Position numbers and translations under genes: made by a program. DNA of 64,000 bases from Octopus bimaculoides (Eukaryota): NCBI RefSeq assembly GCF_001194135.2, contig NC_068988.1:3929245-3993244 (forward strand), given 5' to 3'. Each line of letters starts with the position of its first letter. Position 1 is the stretch's first letter. Below are positions 41,145 to 52,844 of the stretch, piece after piece. Below the pieces are notes generated by a model. The model did no database searches, was not told the origin of the DNA, and was given only the letters and a program-made list of their open reading frames with translations.

Positions 41145-41647
41145 ATTGAGGCAAGTGTAAGCAAATCAAAATCGCTGACATGGCCGATGACTACCACCTG
41201 ATTGGCACTCGTGCCAGTGGAACGTTGAAGGCACATCTGAACGTGATCGTTGCCAAGGTCATCGATTGACTCCTGTGTCAGTGACATGTGAAAAGCACCA
41301 TTTGAGCGTGATCATTACCAGCATCGCCTTACTGGCACATATGCCGGTGGCACATGGAAAACAACATTTGAGCGTGGTCATTGCCAGTGCTGCTGGACTG
41401 GCTTCCATGCAGGTAGCACATAAAAACATCTTTTGAGTGTGGTCGTTGCCAGAACCGCCTGACTGGCCCTCGTACTGGTGGCACATAAAAAGCACTCAGA
41501 GTAGCTGGCATTAGGAAGGGTATCCAGCCATAGAAACCATGCCAAATCAGACTGGAGTCTGATACAACTTTCAAGCTTGCCAGCCCTGGTCTAACTGCCT
41601 AACCCATGCTAGCATGGACAATGGACGTTAAATGATGATGATGATAA
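41145..41647 (+). mobile_element. RTE LINE 3' UTR fragment with about five ~62-bp repeats
   Basis: Tandem TTTGAGCGTG...GCCAG...ACTGGC...GGCACAT units, family tail and (GAT)n. Confidence 0.85.
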
Positions 41648-43739
41648 GATTTTGTCCAAGGTGCATGAATCAACTGAAAGTTATAGCAGAAGATACTTGC
41701 TCAAGGTTCCAGTGAAATTGAACTCAGGACTACATATTAAATATTCAACCACATATCTGAACCTATATTACTGATACTATTCTTTTATAATCCACAACTC
41801 AGTAGGGTAACAATTACACTTTGTTCACTGGACTACTGTATAATCTACTGGTATAATCTTTTCTGTGATACGAGGATGTAAGATTTGTGAAAGCTTTACC
41901 AATCTAAGCATACATTGTAATATAGATTATGTCCTCTATTTTGCTCCATACTTAAGATTGCTTACTTCTTGATGTAAAGTGAACAGATAAGAGATAACAG
42001 CTCCCAGTACAGGAGACAGACAGTTTTTAAAGATGCCCCTTTCAAATACTGAACCTTCAATACATTGTGAACTTTTACACCAGCACAAGAATTAAACATT
42101 CCAGAAAAAATATTATTTCAAAAGGAATTATATATTTTGTGGTTTTTATAAACTTCCAATAATCTTAAAGTTTTCAAAATAACCATTGTATTTTTATGGA
42201 TACAACTAGTAATATAAGAATCTCTTTCAAATTACAGTCTACCGACTTCAACCGAAGAGGGAAGGAGGACACACTGGATGTTTATTTGCTAAAAGACAGA
42301 GTTTTCATGATTGGCAAACCTTTGATCATAAATTCGCTCCATCAGTGCTAGTATGAAGTCAAGCAACAATATGAGAATTTAATAATAATAGCAAATACAG
42401 AGTGATCAGGTAAAGGCATATGAAAAGAAAAAGATGATCCTAAGAAGACAGAGAATACACAACTATGGAGATCTGCTTTGATGTGTGCCGAAACATTAAC
42501 AAACATTTCTTACAGAGGCAGAAGCCTAATTCATGATCATGGAGAGGTGAAAATGTATTAACAAGGTGGGCACTCTCACTGTGAGTGCTTTCCTGCGGTA
42601 AATGATGTTTTTAGCTTACTTTTACTTCAAATTACTATTAAATAAAATTAAACTGAAACTAAAAATTGCTAAAAAACAACACCAAATAGACAAAATGTTT
42701 GATAAATAATAATGTTCATACAAGCAACAAATTATTATTCATTCCATTTTGGTAACTAGTTTCATACTTTGATCAAATTTAAAACTATGCAATACATATT
42801 TTATATCAATTTTAAATGCCAATCAATAAATTAAAAGCTTTATCAATCGGTTTTTTTTTTTTGTCTTTCTTTTCCTAATTTTCCAGTGGAAAATCAATGA
42901 AATATGTGGGTTGTAGTTCATCTGTTTTAACTTGTATTTGTACTGCATCTCCCCTTTTCCAATAGGATGCTAGGTGTCATTGATAGGAGGGTGAGTAATG
43001 TTGCTGATGTCATCAATATTAATGAATATACGGGTTGGTTTCAACATATTCTTCTTGACTGAATTTGCAGCAATGAAAGGATAAATAGTGGGATCAGAGA
43101 AAGAGCCACATCAATGTTGCACATGTCACCTGTACCATGAACAATGAATGTATTTCTCTGTCAATAGCAACAAACTATTCTACAGCAAATGTCAAATTTA
43201 CACTTTAAGATGATGTGTATTCTGCCTAAGACCCACAGCTCAGCTATCACAGCATAAATAATATTCTGTTTCATGGAGATATTGCCATGAATTCGAGAAA
43301 GAAATAAAACTAGCACAAACTGAAAATGAAATAATCATTTAATAAATCAAAAGACATTAATTCTAACCTTTTTTTATATTCCTCTCTACAAAATTATGAA
43401 CATGGTCCCTCAAACACACAAGTTCTAAATACAAACAACCTCTGTATAAACATTTTATATAAATTTTTAAGTATTGCAAGATACTTGGCTTCTACACTGG
43501 GAATATAAGTGTGCAAAGAGTGAGAGCCATGAGATGTGAAGTGACCGAGAATGATGACTTGAGAGATTGGTGAAGTAAGATATGAGAGAGGAAATGACTG
43601 AAGAGAGATGTCAGTCATGGAAATAGTGCCACAGATAAAACAGATATATTTAGAGGAGTAAAAAGAGAAGGAGGTTTGATCTAGAATAGTTGGAATTCAT
43701 TACTGGTGATATCCAGGTGAGAAAGGCGAGTGACAGGGA

Positions 43740-44172
43740 GAATCTATATAAGCATAGATTCAAAAAGGTCATAGAGCAGACTATGGAAACAACCGAAGAA
43801 TATCTCTTCTATCAATAGCTGGAAAGATCTTGGCTCATATTTAATTAAATAGACTAAATAGGTATATTTCTCCAAATGTCTTACCTGAGACTCAGTGTGG
43901 TTTCTGTTGTGGAAGAAGCTCTGTGGACATGATCTTCTGTCTTGGCTAAATTCAGGAAAAATGCATTGAGTGGAACACGCCAATGTATATGTGTTCATAG
44001 ATTTCACAAAGGCTTTCAACACAGTATTTTGGGATGGATTTTGGGTGGTTCTTAAGAATTATGGATGTCCTTGAAAGTTCACCAACTTGGTCAGGTCTCT
44101 GAATGAAAGAATGCAGGCATTTGTAGTGCAAAATTACAATGCCTCAAGCAAGTTTGTAGTGACAAATGGTAC
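43740..44172 (+). mobile_element. RTE (BovB-like) LINE reverse transcriptase fragment
   Basis: RRISLLSIAGKILA, LPETQCGF..GRS.VDMIF, QEKCIE, FIDFTKAFNTV, LKNYGCP*KF. Confidence 0.9.
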
Positions 44173-44478
44173 GTATACATGATTGTGTGCATGTGTATAT
44201 ATGTATACATTGTGAACGCAGGTGGTTTATGTTTATGTATGTTATTTTTTGAGAATATGGTTGTGTGTATATTTTTTATATTTTTTTATATATTTTTATA
44301 TTTTTATATTTTTTCTTTTCCATCTATTGAGTTACTTCCCTTATCTTTAACAGAGAGAGAGAGAGAGAGAGAGAGAGANNNNNNNNNNNNNNNNNNNNNN
44401 NNNNNNNNNNNNNNNNNNNNNNNNNNNNNNNNNNNNNNNNNNNNNNNNNNNNNNNNNNNNNNNNNNNNNNNNNNNNNN

Positions 44479-44655
44479 ATTATTTACATTTGACAGATAT
44501 TTGTCCTCATCTTGTTTGTTGTTAACCAATGCTTCGGCTGATATACCCTCCAGCCTTCATCAGATGTCTTGGGGAAATTTCGAAACTGGGTTCTCATTCC
44601 TAAGGTACTTTTTGATATTCTTCTTCTTCTTCTTCTTCTTCTTCTTCTTCTTCTT

Positions 44656-44717
<62 letters not shown>

Positions 44718-44793
44718 AATCACTTCCTGGAATCAAACTCGGAATCTAGGGGTTAGTCGCCCACTCTCTTAACCACTATGCCACATGCCCATG
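44479..44793 (-). mobile_element. tRNA-headed SINE with decayed hammerhead-like 3' part (left copy)
   Basis: Reverse complement of 44812-45058; internal (AAT)n(AAG)n; core CTGATGA intact but GAAACGTT mutated to GAAGCATT. Confidence 0.85.
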
Positions 44794-44811
44794 AATTTTG
44801 ACTCATTTGCC

Positions 44812-45058
44812 CACGGGCATATGGCGTAGTGGTTAAGAGCGCAGGCTACTAACCCCAAAATTCTGAGTTCAATTCCAGGTAGTGACATGAATAATAATAA
44901 TAATAATAATAATAACATCAAAAATTATCTTAGGAATGAGAACCCAGGTTCGAAATTTTCCCAAGACACCTGATGAAGGTTGGAGGGCATATCAGCCGAA
45001 ACGTTGTGTTAACAACAAACAAGATGAGGACAAATATCCATCAGATGTAAATAATGTA
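44812..45058 (+). mobile_element. tRNA-headed SINE with Penelope-type terminal segment (right copy)
   Basis: A-box TGGCGTAGTGG (44822), B-box GAGTTCAATTCC (~44865), (AAT)n linker, then hammerhead-containing segment. Confidence 0.85.
44965..45010 (+). ncRNA. Minimal type-I hammerhead ribozyme motif (Penelope-like)
   Basis: Stem I GACAC/GTGTT, core CTGATGA, extra A, stem II GGTTG/CAGCC with 10-nt loop, GAAA, palindromic stem III ACGT, predicted cleavage triplet GUU. Confidence 0.65.
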
Positions 45059-46996
45059 TACATATATACACTCACACACACACAAAAAATTTTACTTCCC
45101 ATGATTTATTTGTTTTAAATTCTTGATGTCTAGACCAATATTTTCCCTTTGGTTCAATTATCATTATGTCTCTTATCCATACGTTTGCCATTTATGTTAT
45201 TCAGTTTTAGTTTGAATTTTGACTCATTTGTAATATTTCTTTTATTTTTTGTCAAATCAGTTGTTGTTATCCAACAGATTCCAGTAATTTTCAAAAAGTC
45301 AGATTCCCTGATGTTCAAACAGTTTTAAATGTTTATTTGATGACTTACCAAATTATTGTCTCTGCACCATTTATAAACACTTATAAGCCATTTTATTTAT
45401 TGTTGTTTTCCATTTTCAATCAAACATTGTGCAGATGATGGCTACTGAGCCAGAAACACCATCTATCACTGTCCTCTTATCTCCAGACAATAAACTTTTC
45501 CTTTTCCTTAATGGCATCTCAACTTTGAATTCTTGATTCTTGAGATTATTTCTCCTTTACATACAAAGCCAGTCTCCTTTGCTATTTGGTCATTATGATG
45601 CATTTTCTAGAGGTAAAGAAGGTTTTGATAAATCAGGAATTGATGTTGTATGGTATTTGATATACCTGTATTTGCCGATACTGTTTTCTTCATTTTGTAT
45701 GGTACATATGCACCCACAAGTGAGTAAGTATGTGTGTGTATACATTCATACACACACAGATATATGTATATGTGTGTGTGTGTATAAATACACGTATATA
45801 AAAGTAAATATATGCCAGTACCCCAAATTTCTCGTGAGAACACTCTGTCTGTTTGGATGACAAAAATATATTCATACATAGATTAATCAGCTACAGGAAT
45901 TCTTTGCAAGACAATTTAATAAAGTCTCTTCATTATAGATTAAATTAATTATCTCTCCTCTTTATAGTGGAGAATCGCTACTTATTCAATCAAATCCAAC
46001 TACAACTATGCAAAAATCAATTTCCATCATGATAAAAAATATGAAGAAAAACCAATGCAAAAAAAAAAAAAATGAAGTAGAATGTAATAAGAAAATTAAT
46101 ATTGAAAAATATGACTTTGTAGCTCTGTCACATGATGTTTTTGTTATCTATTTTATTTTTTTATTAACAATTAAAATTATTTATTAAGAAAAACAGGTTT
46201 TTACAACATTATGAGAATAATAAGGTTCCTCCAACCAAATGGAATTATGGAATTATAATTTATGAAGCGAGAATGGAAAATATAAGTAGTAAATGTCTCG
46301 ACTCTGCAACCATATATTTCAAATTTATTCAGTAGATCAAAGCTTGTTTGAGTGTTTAAAAACACGTTTATATGCTTAGAACATATTTAGTTTTGTTGCA
46401 GAATAATATTGGGGTTATAATGGTAGATATAGCTTTTTAGATAGTCATGTGACTTGCAACTAAGCCAACAGTTTCAAGCTGCTTAGCACTCTTCAGATTT
46501 ACACACACTTCCTCCTATGCCCTTGCAAAAAGTGATTGGTTGTATCACATACATTAGTCTACAGCAAGACTAAATTAGTCTTAATCATATGTAATTTGTT
46601 TTTAAACATATTAGATAAGATTTTATTATCTGAACTAATTAGTAACTCTCAGATGTATGGTAGCTTGTGTAATTAATTCATTCAGAATATCTTGGCCATT
46701 GTTTTCTATGATCTGCGTGTGTGTGCATGTGCATACGCACAGATATACAAGCATATATGCACATAGATCGTTAAATATATGAATATATATACATGCACAC
46801 ATACACATGCATACATATGCACATATGTACACATAAATGCATACACATATGCCTTATGTATGAGTTTGTATGAGATTTCTTATTGCAAGCAATAAAAGGA
46901 CAAGGTGAATAAACACATTATAGGATATAGAGATATATTCTATATATATAATACATATATATAATTGCCTCTATATTATTCATACATTTACAAAAC

Positions 46997-47068
<72 letters not shown>

Positions 47069-47859
47069 ATTATATACATATGCTCATATTCGAGAGTGAG
47101 AACAACTGCTCAATACAGTATCAGTGGATAAATATTCTTTCTTTTTGTGGATTACCAAGGATACCAATGGTTTTATGTGAAGAGATCTTTGCATGAAACC
47201 ATTGGTAGCCTTGTTAACCCACAAATGAAATGTATGTATGTGTGTGTGTGTATGTATGCATCATTTGACATTGCTATTGTTGTTACTAAGTATTCCCTCC
47301 ATCTCCACCCAAGTAAGTTTAATGCAGAGCAATAAGAAGTCTTATATTTACAAATCCTATGAAAAGACATCCCATTAAATGTCTTGCTTCAATCGTTTCT
47401 CTCCTGTCAAACTACAGAATGTATTATGAAGTATTTTAGTTTGTTGGGTGGAACATAACAACTCAGTCAGATTCGGGCTCCCATTGCTTTCCACTTAATG
47501 AATGTGGTGTGTTTTACAAAGATAATACAAAGCTGCTTCTCCAACAGTGTTGTGACATATTTATTTCATGCAACCAACTAGTTGTTATGTTGCCAGTAAA
47601 CCAGCTTAACGTGTGTAAGGTTGGAGTTGGTTTATAGGTTGTGATTGGAATATTGAGGAGTGACATAGTAACTATAATAGTTGCTGCGAGATAGTTGTTA
47701 TATGTAAATCATGTTGGTTATGATGTTGTGTACATGGAACTTGAAAAGTGAGTGGATGTTTTTATGCATTCTTTAAAAAATATCTAGTCTAGAATTTTAT
47801 TTCAGCAGACAGATATGTCAAAGGTTTTATCATTGCTAATATGGTTGTGTAAATAAAGG

Positions 47860-48070
47860 AAGTGAGCTGGCAGAATCGTTACCATGCCACGAGAAATGCT
47901 TAGCGGCATTTCGTCTGGCAAAATATGGGGCATTAAAATGTTGACTGAGGTCGACTTTGCCTTCCATCCTCTCAGGGTCGATAAAATAAGTACCAGTTGA
48001 ACACTGGGGGTGATATAATCAACTTACCTGCATCCTTGAAATTGCTGGCCTTGTGCCAAAATATGAAACC
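47860..48070 (+). mobile_element. Family C SINE
   Basis: GAGCTGGCAGAATCG head; GAGGTCGACTTTGCCTTCCATCCTCTCAGGGTCGATAAAATAAGTACCAG. Confidence 0.8.
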
Positions 48071-50055
48071 AATATGGTTATCTAAACATCTTTAAGTTCA
48101 ATTTAACGAATTTGTTGAGAACTTGTTTTATGAATGAAAACCAGGAGCAGCTGATAATTAATGGATCATTTTTTTTTTTTTTTAATGATTAGCAAAACTA
48201 AAAGCTCTCTTTCATGCTTGCCATGGTTAAAATGCAACATCACATGGATTATATTCTCATCAGATCCCTATAATACTCAAGGTCAAAATCCAAAAAAAAA
48301 CAGGGGTTTTCCAAAAGATCCCCCTCATAACTAATTCACAAATCAATATGGGTTACCTTGATGACATATTTTATACTACTTCAACATTTTAATGCCCCAT
48401 ATTTTGCCAGTTTTTAGCCAATACATGGTATACAATAGTTTTGATTAGAGCAATTCTATGTATCTATCAGCTTTGGGATTGCTTAAGGTCTGGTGGAATT
48501 TAAATGACATACCATGTGAATTAAATGGTATAAATGTATTATTGCTGGTTATTTTGTATCATCTCTGGGGTAACACATTTCTTAGGAAGAGATATAAAAC
48601 TGAATATTCTTTGGAAATCTGCAAAATCAGCATTTCCCCAATACAATTGTTTCTATTTTATATCCTACAACATAATTATTATTCAGTTTATTGACTCAGG
48701 AAGGAAGTAAAGAAAAATCAATAATCACAGGATCCAAAATCAAAATCCTTACTTTCACTTTTGAATTCGTGTTTTTTTTTGTTTTGTCAGTCTCCATAGT
48801 CTGACTCCCTATGTCTCTGCTTCGTTGCATTATTCATGGCTATCCTTGATACTGTCTCGTATCTGTTAAACACCATCAAAGTTGATTTAGTTAAACCATA
48901 GTAATTCAATTATTTTTCTTTTTCTTGTAGACTCTCAAATACAACCATGATGCTCTCATGGAGCCATAAATCTTCAACCCTAAAACTCTCAAGCACATTT
49001 TAGAAATATGAACATCCAAGTCTTTAAGCTTGTTTCTATTCCCTGAAATAAAAGTGTCTAATTTCAGGTTTGTTTTTCTATCAAAAATGCACATTTCAAA
49101 TAGATTTTGGCAATCAGAGAACATTATCATAAAACACAAAACATAGAATTCTTCTGAGAACCCTAAAGTTGATCATGGTTTTTCTGCTACAGTACTGTCA
49201 GACAAGATGTAAATTTCTACAAAAAAGAACAGAGTATAGAGTTAATATGAGAATATTATTGCAGTATTAGAATATATATTGAATTCATACATTGTAATAC
49301 AGTACAATATACACAAACTGCCCTTCATTTCATGTCCATTTTCCCTGTGTGATGAGTGCATATTTTTCTGGGTCTGTGTGAATGTTTATATTCTGCATTT
49401 TGCATGTAACAATGCTAAGTTACTCGCCAATCTGAAAATGAGTCAAATGAAGATTTCTTAATTGAAAGACTGTTGTTAGTGACAGGAAAGACATTATTTT
49501 GTAAATCCATGCTTCATTAATAGGTATTCATCTAACCCATGCTAACATGGTAAAAGAGATGTAAAATAAACACACGCAATATATATTTTCCATCTTATGC
49601 TATATTTGTAAATATACTTAAATCTTAACCATTTATATTCCATTTATATCTGGGCTCATTTCAATCCCCATGGTACTTCCTAATGATGCAAAACTAGGCA
49701 GCATTAGCAACAACAGATTCACCATTCCTCTAGGAATTAAGATACTATAAAAAAACACTAACACAGTTTGTTAGATTCAAATGGATGTAAACAGTGATAG
49801 CTGCTTCCAGTATATATCAAGCATTATGAAAAAAAGAAAAAAGGAAAATATCTCACATTTATTTGATTGAGTAAATATAGTGTTTTTGCTTTTAACCAGC
49901 TCTCAGTAACATAAACAGGAATAAGGAAATAATATACTGAGGTAAATGCAACTTCACTCACTCTGTTCTTATTCAATGGTCTTTGTATTTGAGTTAGAAA
50001 TTATTGTTATTTCATATTATGTTTAATAAACATAAAAATATTAATTGAATAAGGA

Positions 50056-50103
50056 TCACAAAGACCACAACATATCCTTCAAGAAGACCTCAACTTCCAT
50101 TAC
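50056..50103 (-). CDS. Speculative terminal exon
   Basis: Acceptor tgatttcag; phase 0; VMEVEVFLKDMLWSL*; compatible with exon 52447-52596. Confidence 0.25.
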   Translation of the reverse strand, partial: VMEVEVFLKDMLWSL

Positions 50104-50609
50104 CTGAAATCAGTTTGCAGTTTAGCCATCACACAGCTTTCCTACCAATAGAATATTATTTGTTATACAGTTATAGAAATTAAACCATAATGCTGGTCAT
50201 ATATCTATCCCCTTGCCTTAGAAATACTGGCCATTTATTCCACCGTACATATATAACTCTAAGAAGTTGGTAATAGATTTCTTATAGGATGTAAATAAAG
50301 AGCTGATTGTTGCTAAAGGCCTTGCTTAATTTGAAACTGGCTTCTTTCCAAATTCTACGCCAATAAAAGCGCTGATATATCATGCTGTCACTTGGACGCA
50401 GAATTAAAATGTAATCTTAAATGAAGTCACTTTAAACAAATGGTGGCTATCCATCTGATTTATCAGTCATTATTCCAAGAAAATGTTGGTTTGGGATTAT
50501 TATCTATTAATAACAAAAGCATAGGTGTGCATATTTTAAGAGACTAACTGCAAATATAAAGAACAATGACAATACAATCTTCTGATTCCATCTGTTGTTA
50601 TTGCTAGTA

Positions 50610-51195
50610 TTAAGGCAAGAAGCTGGCAGAACCATTAGCATGCTGAGCAGCTTTTAATCCACCTTTTGTTCTGAGCTCAAATTCTGCTGAGGTCGACTTT
50701 GCCTGTCATCCTTTTGGGTTGATAAAATAAATATTATTTATAAACTGGGGTTGATAAAATCACCTAGACCCCCTTCTCCAAAATTTAAGGCCTTGTGCCT
50801 ATAATAGAAAGGATCGTTGTTAAGGCAGCAAGCTGAAAGAATTCTGGACTTCAAATTCTGCAGAGGTCAACTTTGCCTTTCAGGGTGGGTGAAACAAGTA
50901 CTAGTTAGTCATTGGGGTTGGTGTAATTGACCAACACACAAGAAAAAAATTTCAGGCCCTGTCCTTATAGCAGAAGGAATAATTAAGGTGGTGAGCTGAC
51001 AGAATCATTAGCATGCCAGACAAAAAATCTTCACTGGCATTTAGTCCATCTTTATCTACTGAGTTCAAATTCCACTGTAGCAAATTTTGCCTTTTGTTTT
51101 TTGGGGTCGATGAAATAAATACCAGTTGAGCTCTGAGGTTGATGTTATCACTTAGACCTCTCTCCACAAATTTCAGGCCTTATGTCAATAGTAGA
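50610..51195 (+). mobile_element. Three head-to-tail family C SINEs
   Basis: Three successive GAGCTG head / TCAAATTC / GATAAAAT / GGCCTTGTG modules. Confidence 0.8.
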
Positions 51196-51199
51196 AATG

Positions 51200-51200
51200 A

Positions 51201-51299
<99 letters not shown>

Positions 51300-51917
51300 T
51301 TACTATTATTTTATGTTTCACTTTTGCTTTGCATTTGTACAAGTTGGCTCCAAGTCTCACCCAGAGACCTCAAGAGACAACAAGTTAGAAGTTCACGTTG
51401 GTGTTATTCCTAGGGTGCCATACATTTGGTTTTGTATGCAGTATTGTTCTAGAAAATCTTTAAGAAAACAAGAAAATTATGTGTTTGTTTTAAAATTTGA
51501 GATTACAAAGACAGTATTTTACGTAGGATATGGGCAGTTTCCACAAGCACTCTCTTTTGAATTTCTGCTATTTTGGGGTTTCCTGGTATCTGAGCTAGGT
51601 AGCAAACAGCCCTTTTCCCTATCATTCCTAGGACACCTATGACAACAGGTATTGTTTTAGTCTTGAGGTTCCACATTTTGCCAATTTCTATTTCAAGACC
51701 TTTATACTTGCTCAGTTTTTGGCAGGTCTTGACAGATACGCTTACATCAATTGGGATAGTCATATTAATGAGGAGGCATGATTTTTGTCTGAAGCCTTTC
51801 AATATAACGTCTCACCTATTCACATCTATCTTTCTGTTAGTTTGAATGGTAAAGTTCCAGAGCAGTGAAATGTGATCATTTTCAAGCACTGGAGGTTGTT
51901 TGTGTTCCCACCAGTCT
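51200..51917 (-). mobile_element. R4/Dong-like non-LTR retrotransposon 3' end (restriction-like endonuclease)
   Basis: WWEHKQPPVLENDHISLLWNFTIQTNRKI...CLLINMTIP...KLSKYKGLEIEIGKMWNLKTKTIPVVIGVLG...ETAHILRKILSL, 3' UTR, then a trinucleotide tail. Confidence 0.85.
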
Positions 51918-51928
51918 TTATTATTATC

Positions 51929-51963
<35 letters not shown>

Positions 51964-52093
51964 CACTACTGCTGCTGCTGCTACTACTACTACTACTACT
52001 ATTGGTGCATGCTTGACCTAGTGTTTATTTTTCACAGTTTTGAGAAGTTTCCAGTGGCGAATATTCTTTCACTGTTTTCTAGATCACTTAATT

Positions 52094-52368
52094 TGACCAG
52101 AATCTGCCAACTAGTGAACTTGCCTGGAATTTCTGCAGACATATTGGAGCTGGTTTTTGTATCAATATTGTCTGCTGAATCAGATGCTGTTGCAGGCATA
52201 TCGTCTGGTGCCTCTTTCAACAGCGACACTTTTTATTGAGAGAAGCACCAGACAATATACCCGCTGCAGAATCTAATTCAGAGAATATTATTAATACAAA
52301 AAGCAACTCTAATGTCTGCTAGAAAATTCAAATTCCAGGGAAGTTAACTAGTTAGCAGATTCTGATCA
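52094..52368. repeat. Long imperfect hairpin (~120-130 bp arms, ~22-nt loop)
   Basis: 52094-52216 pairs with 52239-52368, e.g. CAGAATCTGCCAACTAGTGAACTTGCCTGGAATTT vs CAGAATCTGCTAACTAGTTAACTTCCCTGGAATTT. Confidence 0.85.
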
Positions 52369-52446
52369 AGCTGTTGTTGTCTTGTTGTTGTTGTCATCAT
52401 TATTATTATTTCAAATAGGATTCCAGATTATAATAATCTTACTTAC

Positions 52447-52596
52447 AGGGTTCACTATAAAGTCTATACAACTGTTCAGTATTGAGGCTGTCAAGAATCT
52501 CCATTTGATGGCTGCAACTGTGAGGAAGATTGGCAGAATGAGTTGTAATACGGTTTGATGAGACTTTACAGAATGTGGAACCAAGATAGACAATAA
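52447..52596 (-). CDS. Candidate internal coding exon
   Basis: Acceptor aaactag, donor GTAAGT; 150 nt; phase 0-0 LLSILVPHSVKSHQTVLQLILPIFLTVAAIKWRFLTASILNSCIDFIVNP; a second frame is also open, so the frame is ambiguous. Confidence 0.45.
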
Positions 52597-52603
52597 CTAG
52601 TTT

Positions 52604-52650
52604 ATTTACCTAATCAAATAGACAAATAGGATCTATTTGATTAGGTAAAT
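52604..52650. repeat. Perfect 19-bp inverted repeat with 9-nt loop
   Basis: ATTTACCTAATCAAATAGA-caaatagga-TCTATTTGATTAGGTAAAT. Confidence 0.9.
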
Positions 52651-52844
52651 AGGGTAAGAGATAGCCAATTAACAGAAATGTAAGAAGAGTTTGTTTACCT
52701 CACAATTGTGTAAAAGACAAAGAATAAAAGCTGAAGAAGTGTAGCACCTCACTAAGTCTAGTTTCAACTTTCAGATTGTGTCAAAGCCACTGATCTTAGG
52801 TAAAAAAAAAAAAATGTAAAAGGCAATATACTTTATGTGTAGAG

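Noticed and set aside
44812-44885. SINE heads as functional tRNA genes (also 52845, 63850, 11436)
   Set aside because: They run directly into repeat bodies and lack a complete cloverleaf.
47400-47750. Possible Helitron remnant (VRFGLP motif)
   Set aside because: A single short motif, with no terminal hairpin or CTRR end identified.
52032-52229. Protein-like ORF MSLLKEAPDDMPATASDSADNID...
   Set aside because: Coincides with one arm of the foldback, has no supporting splice sites, and the other arm does not keep the frame.
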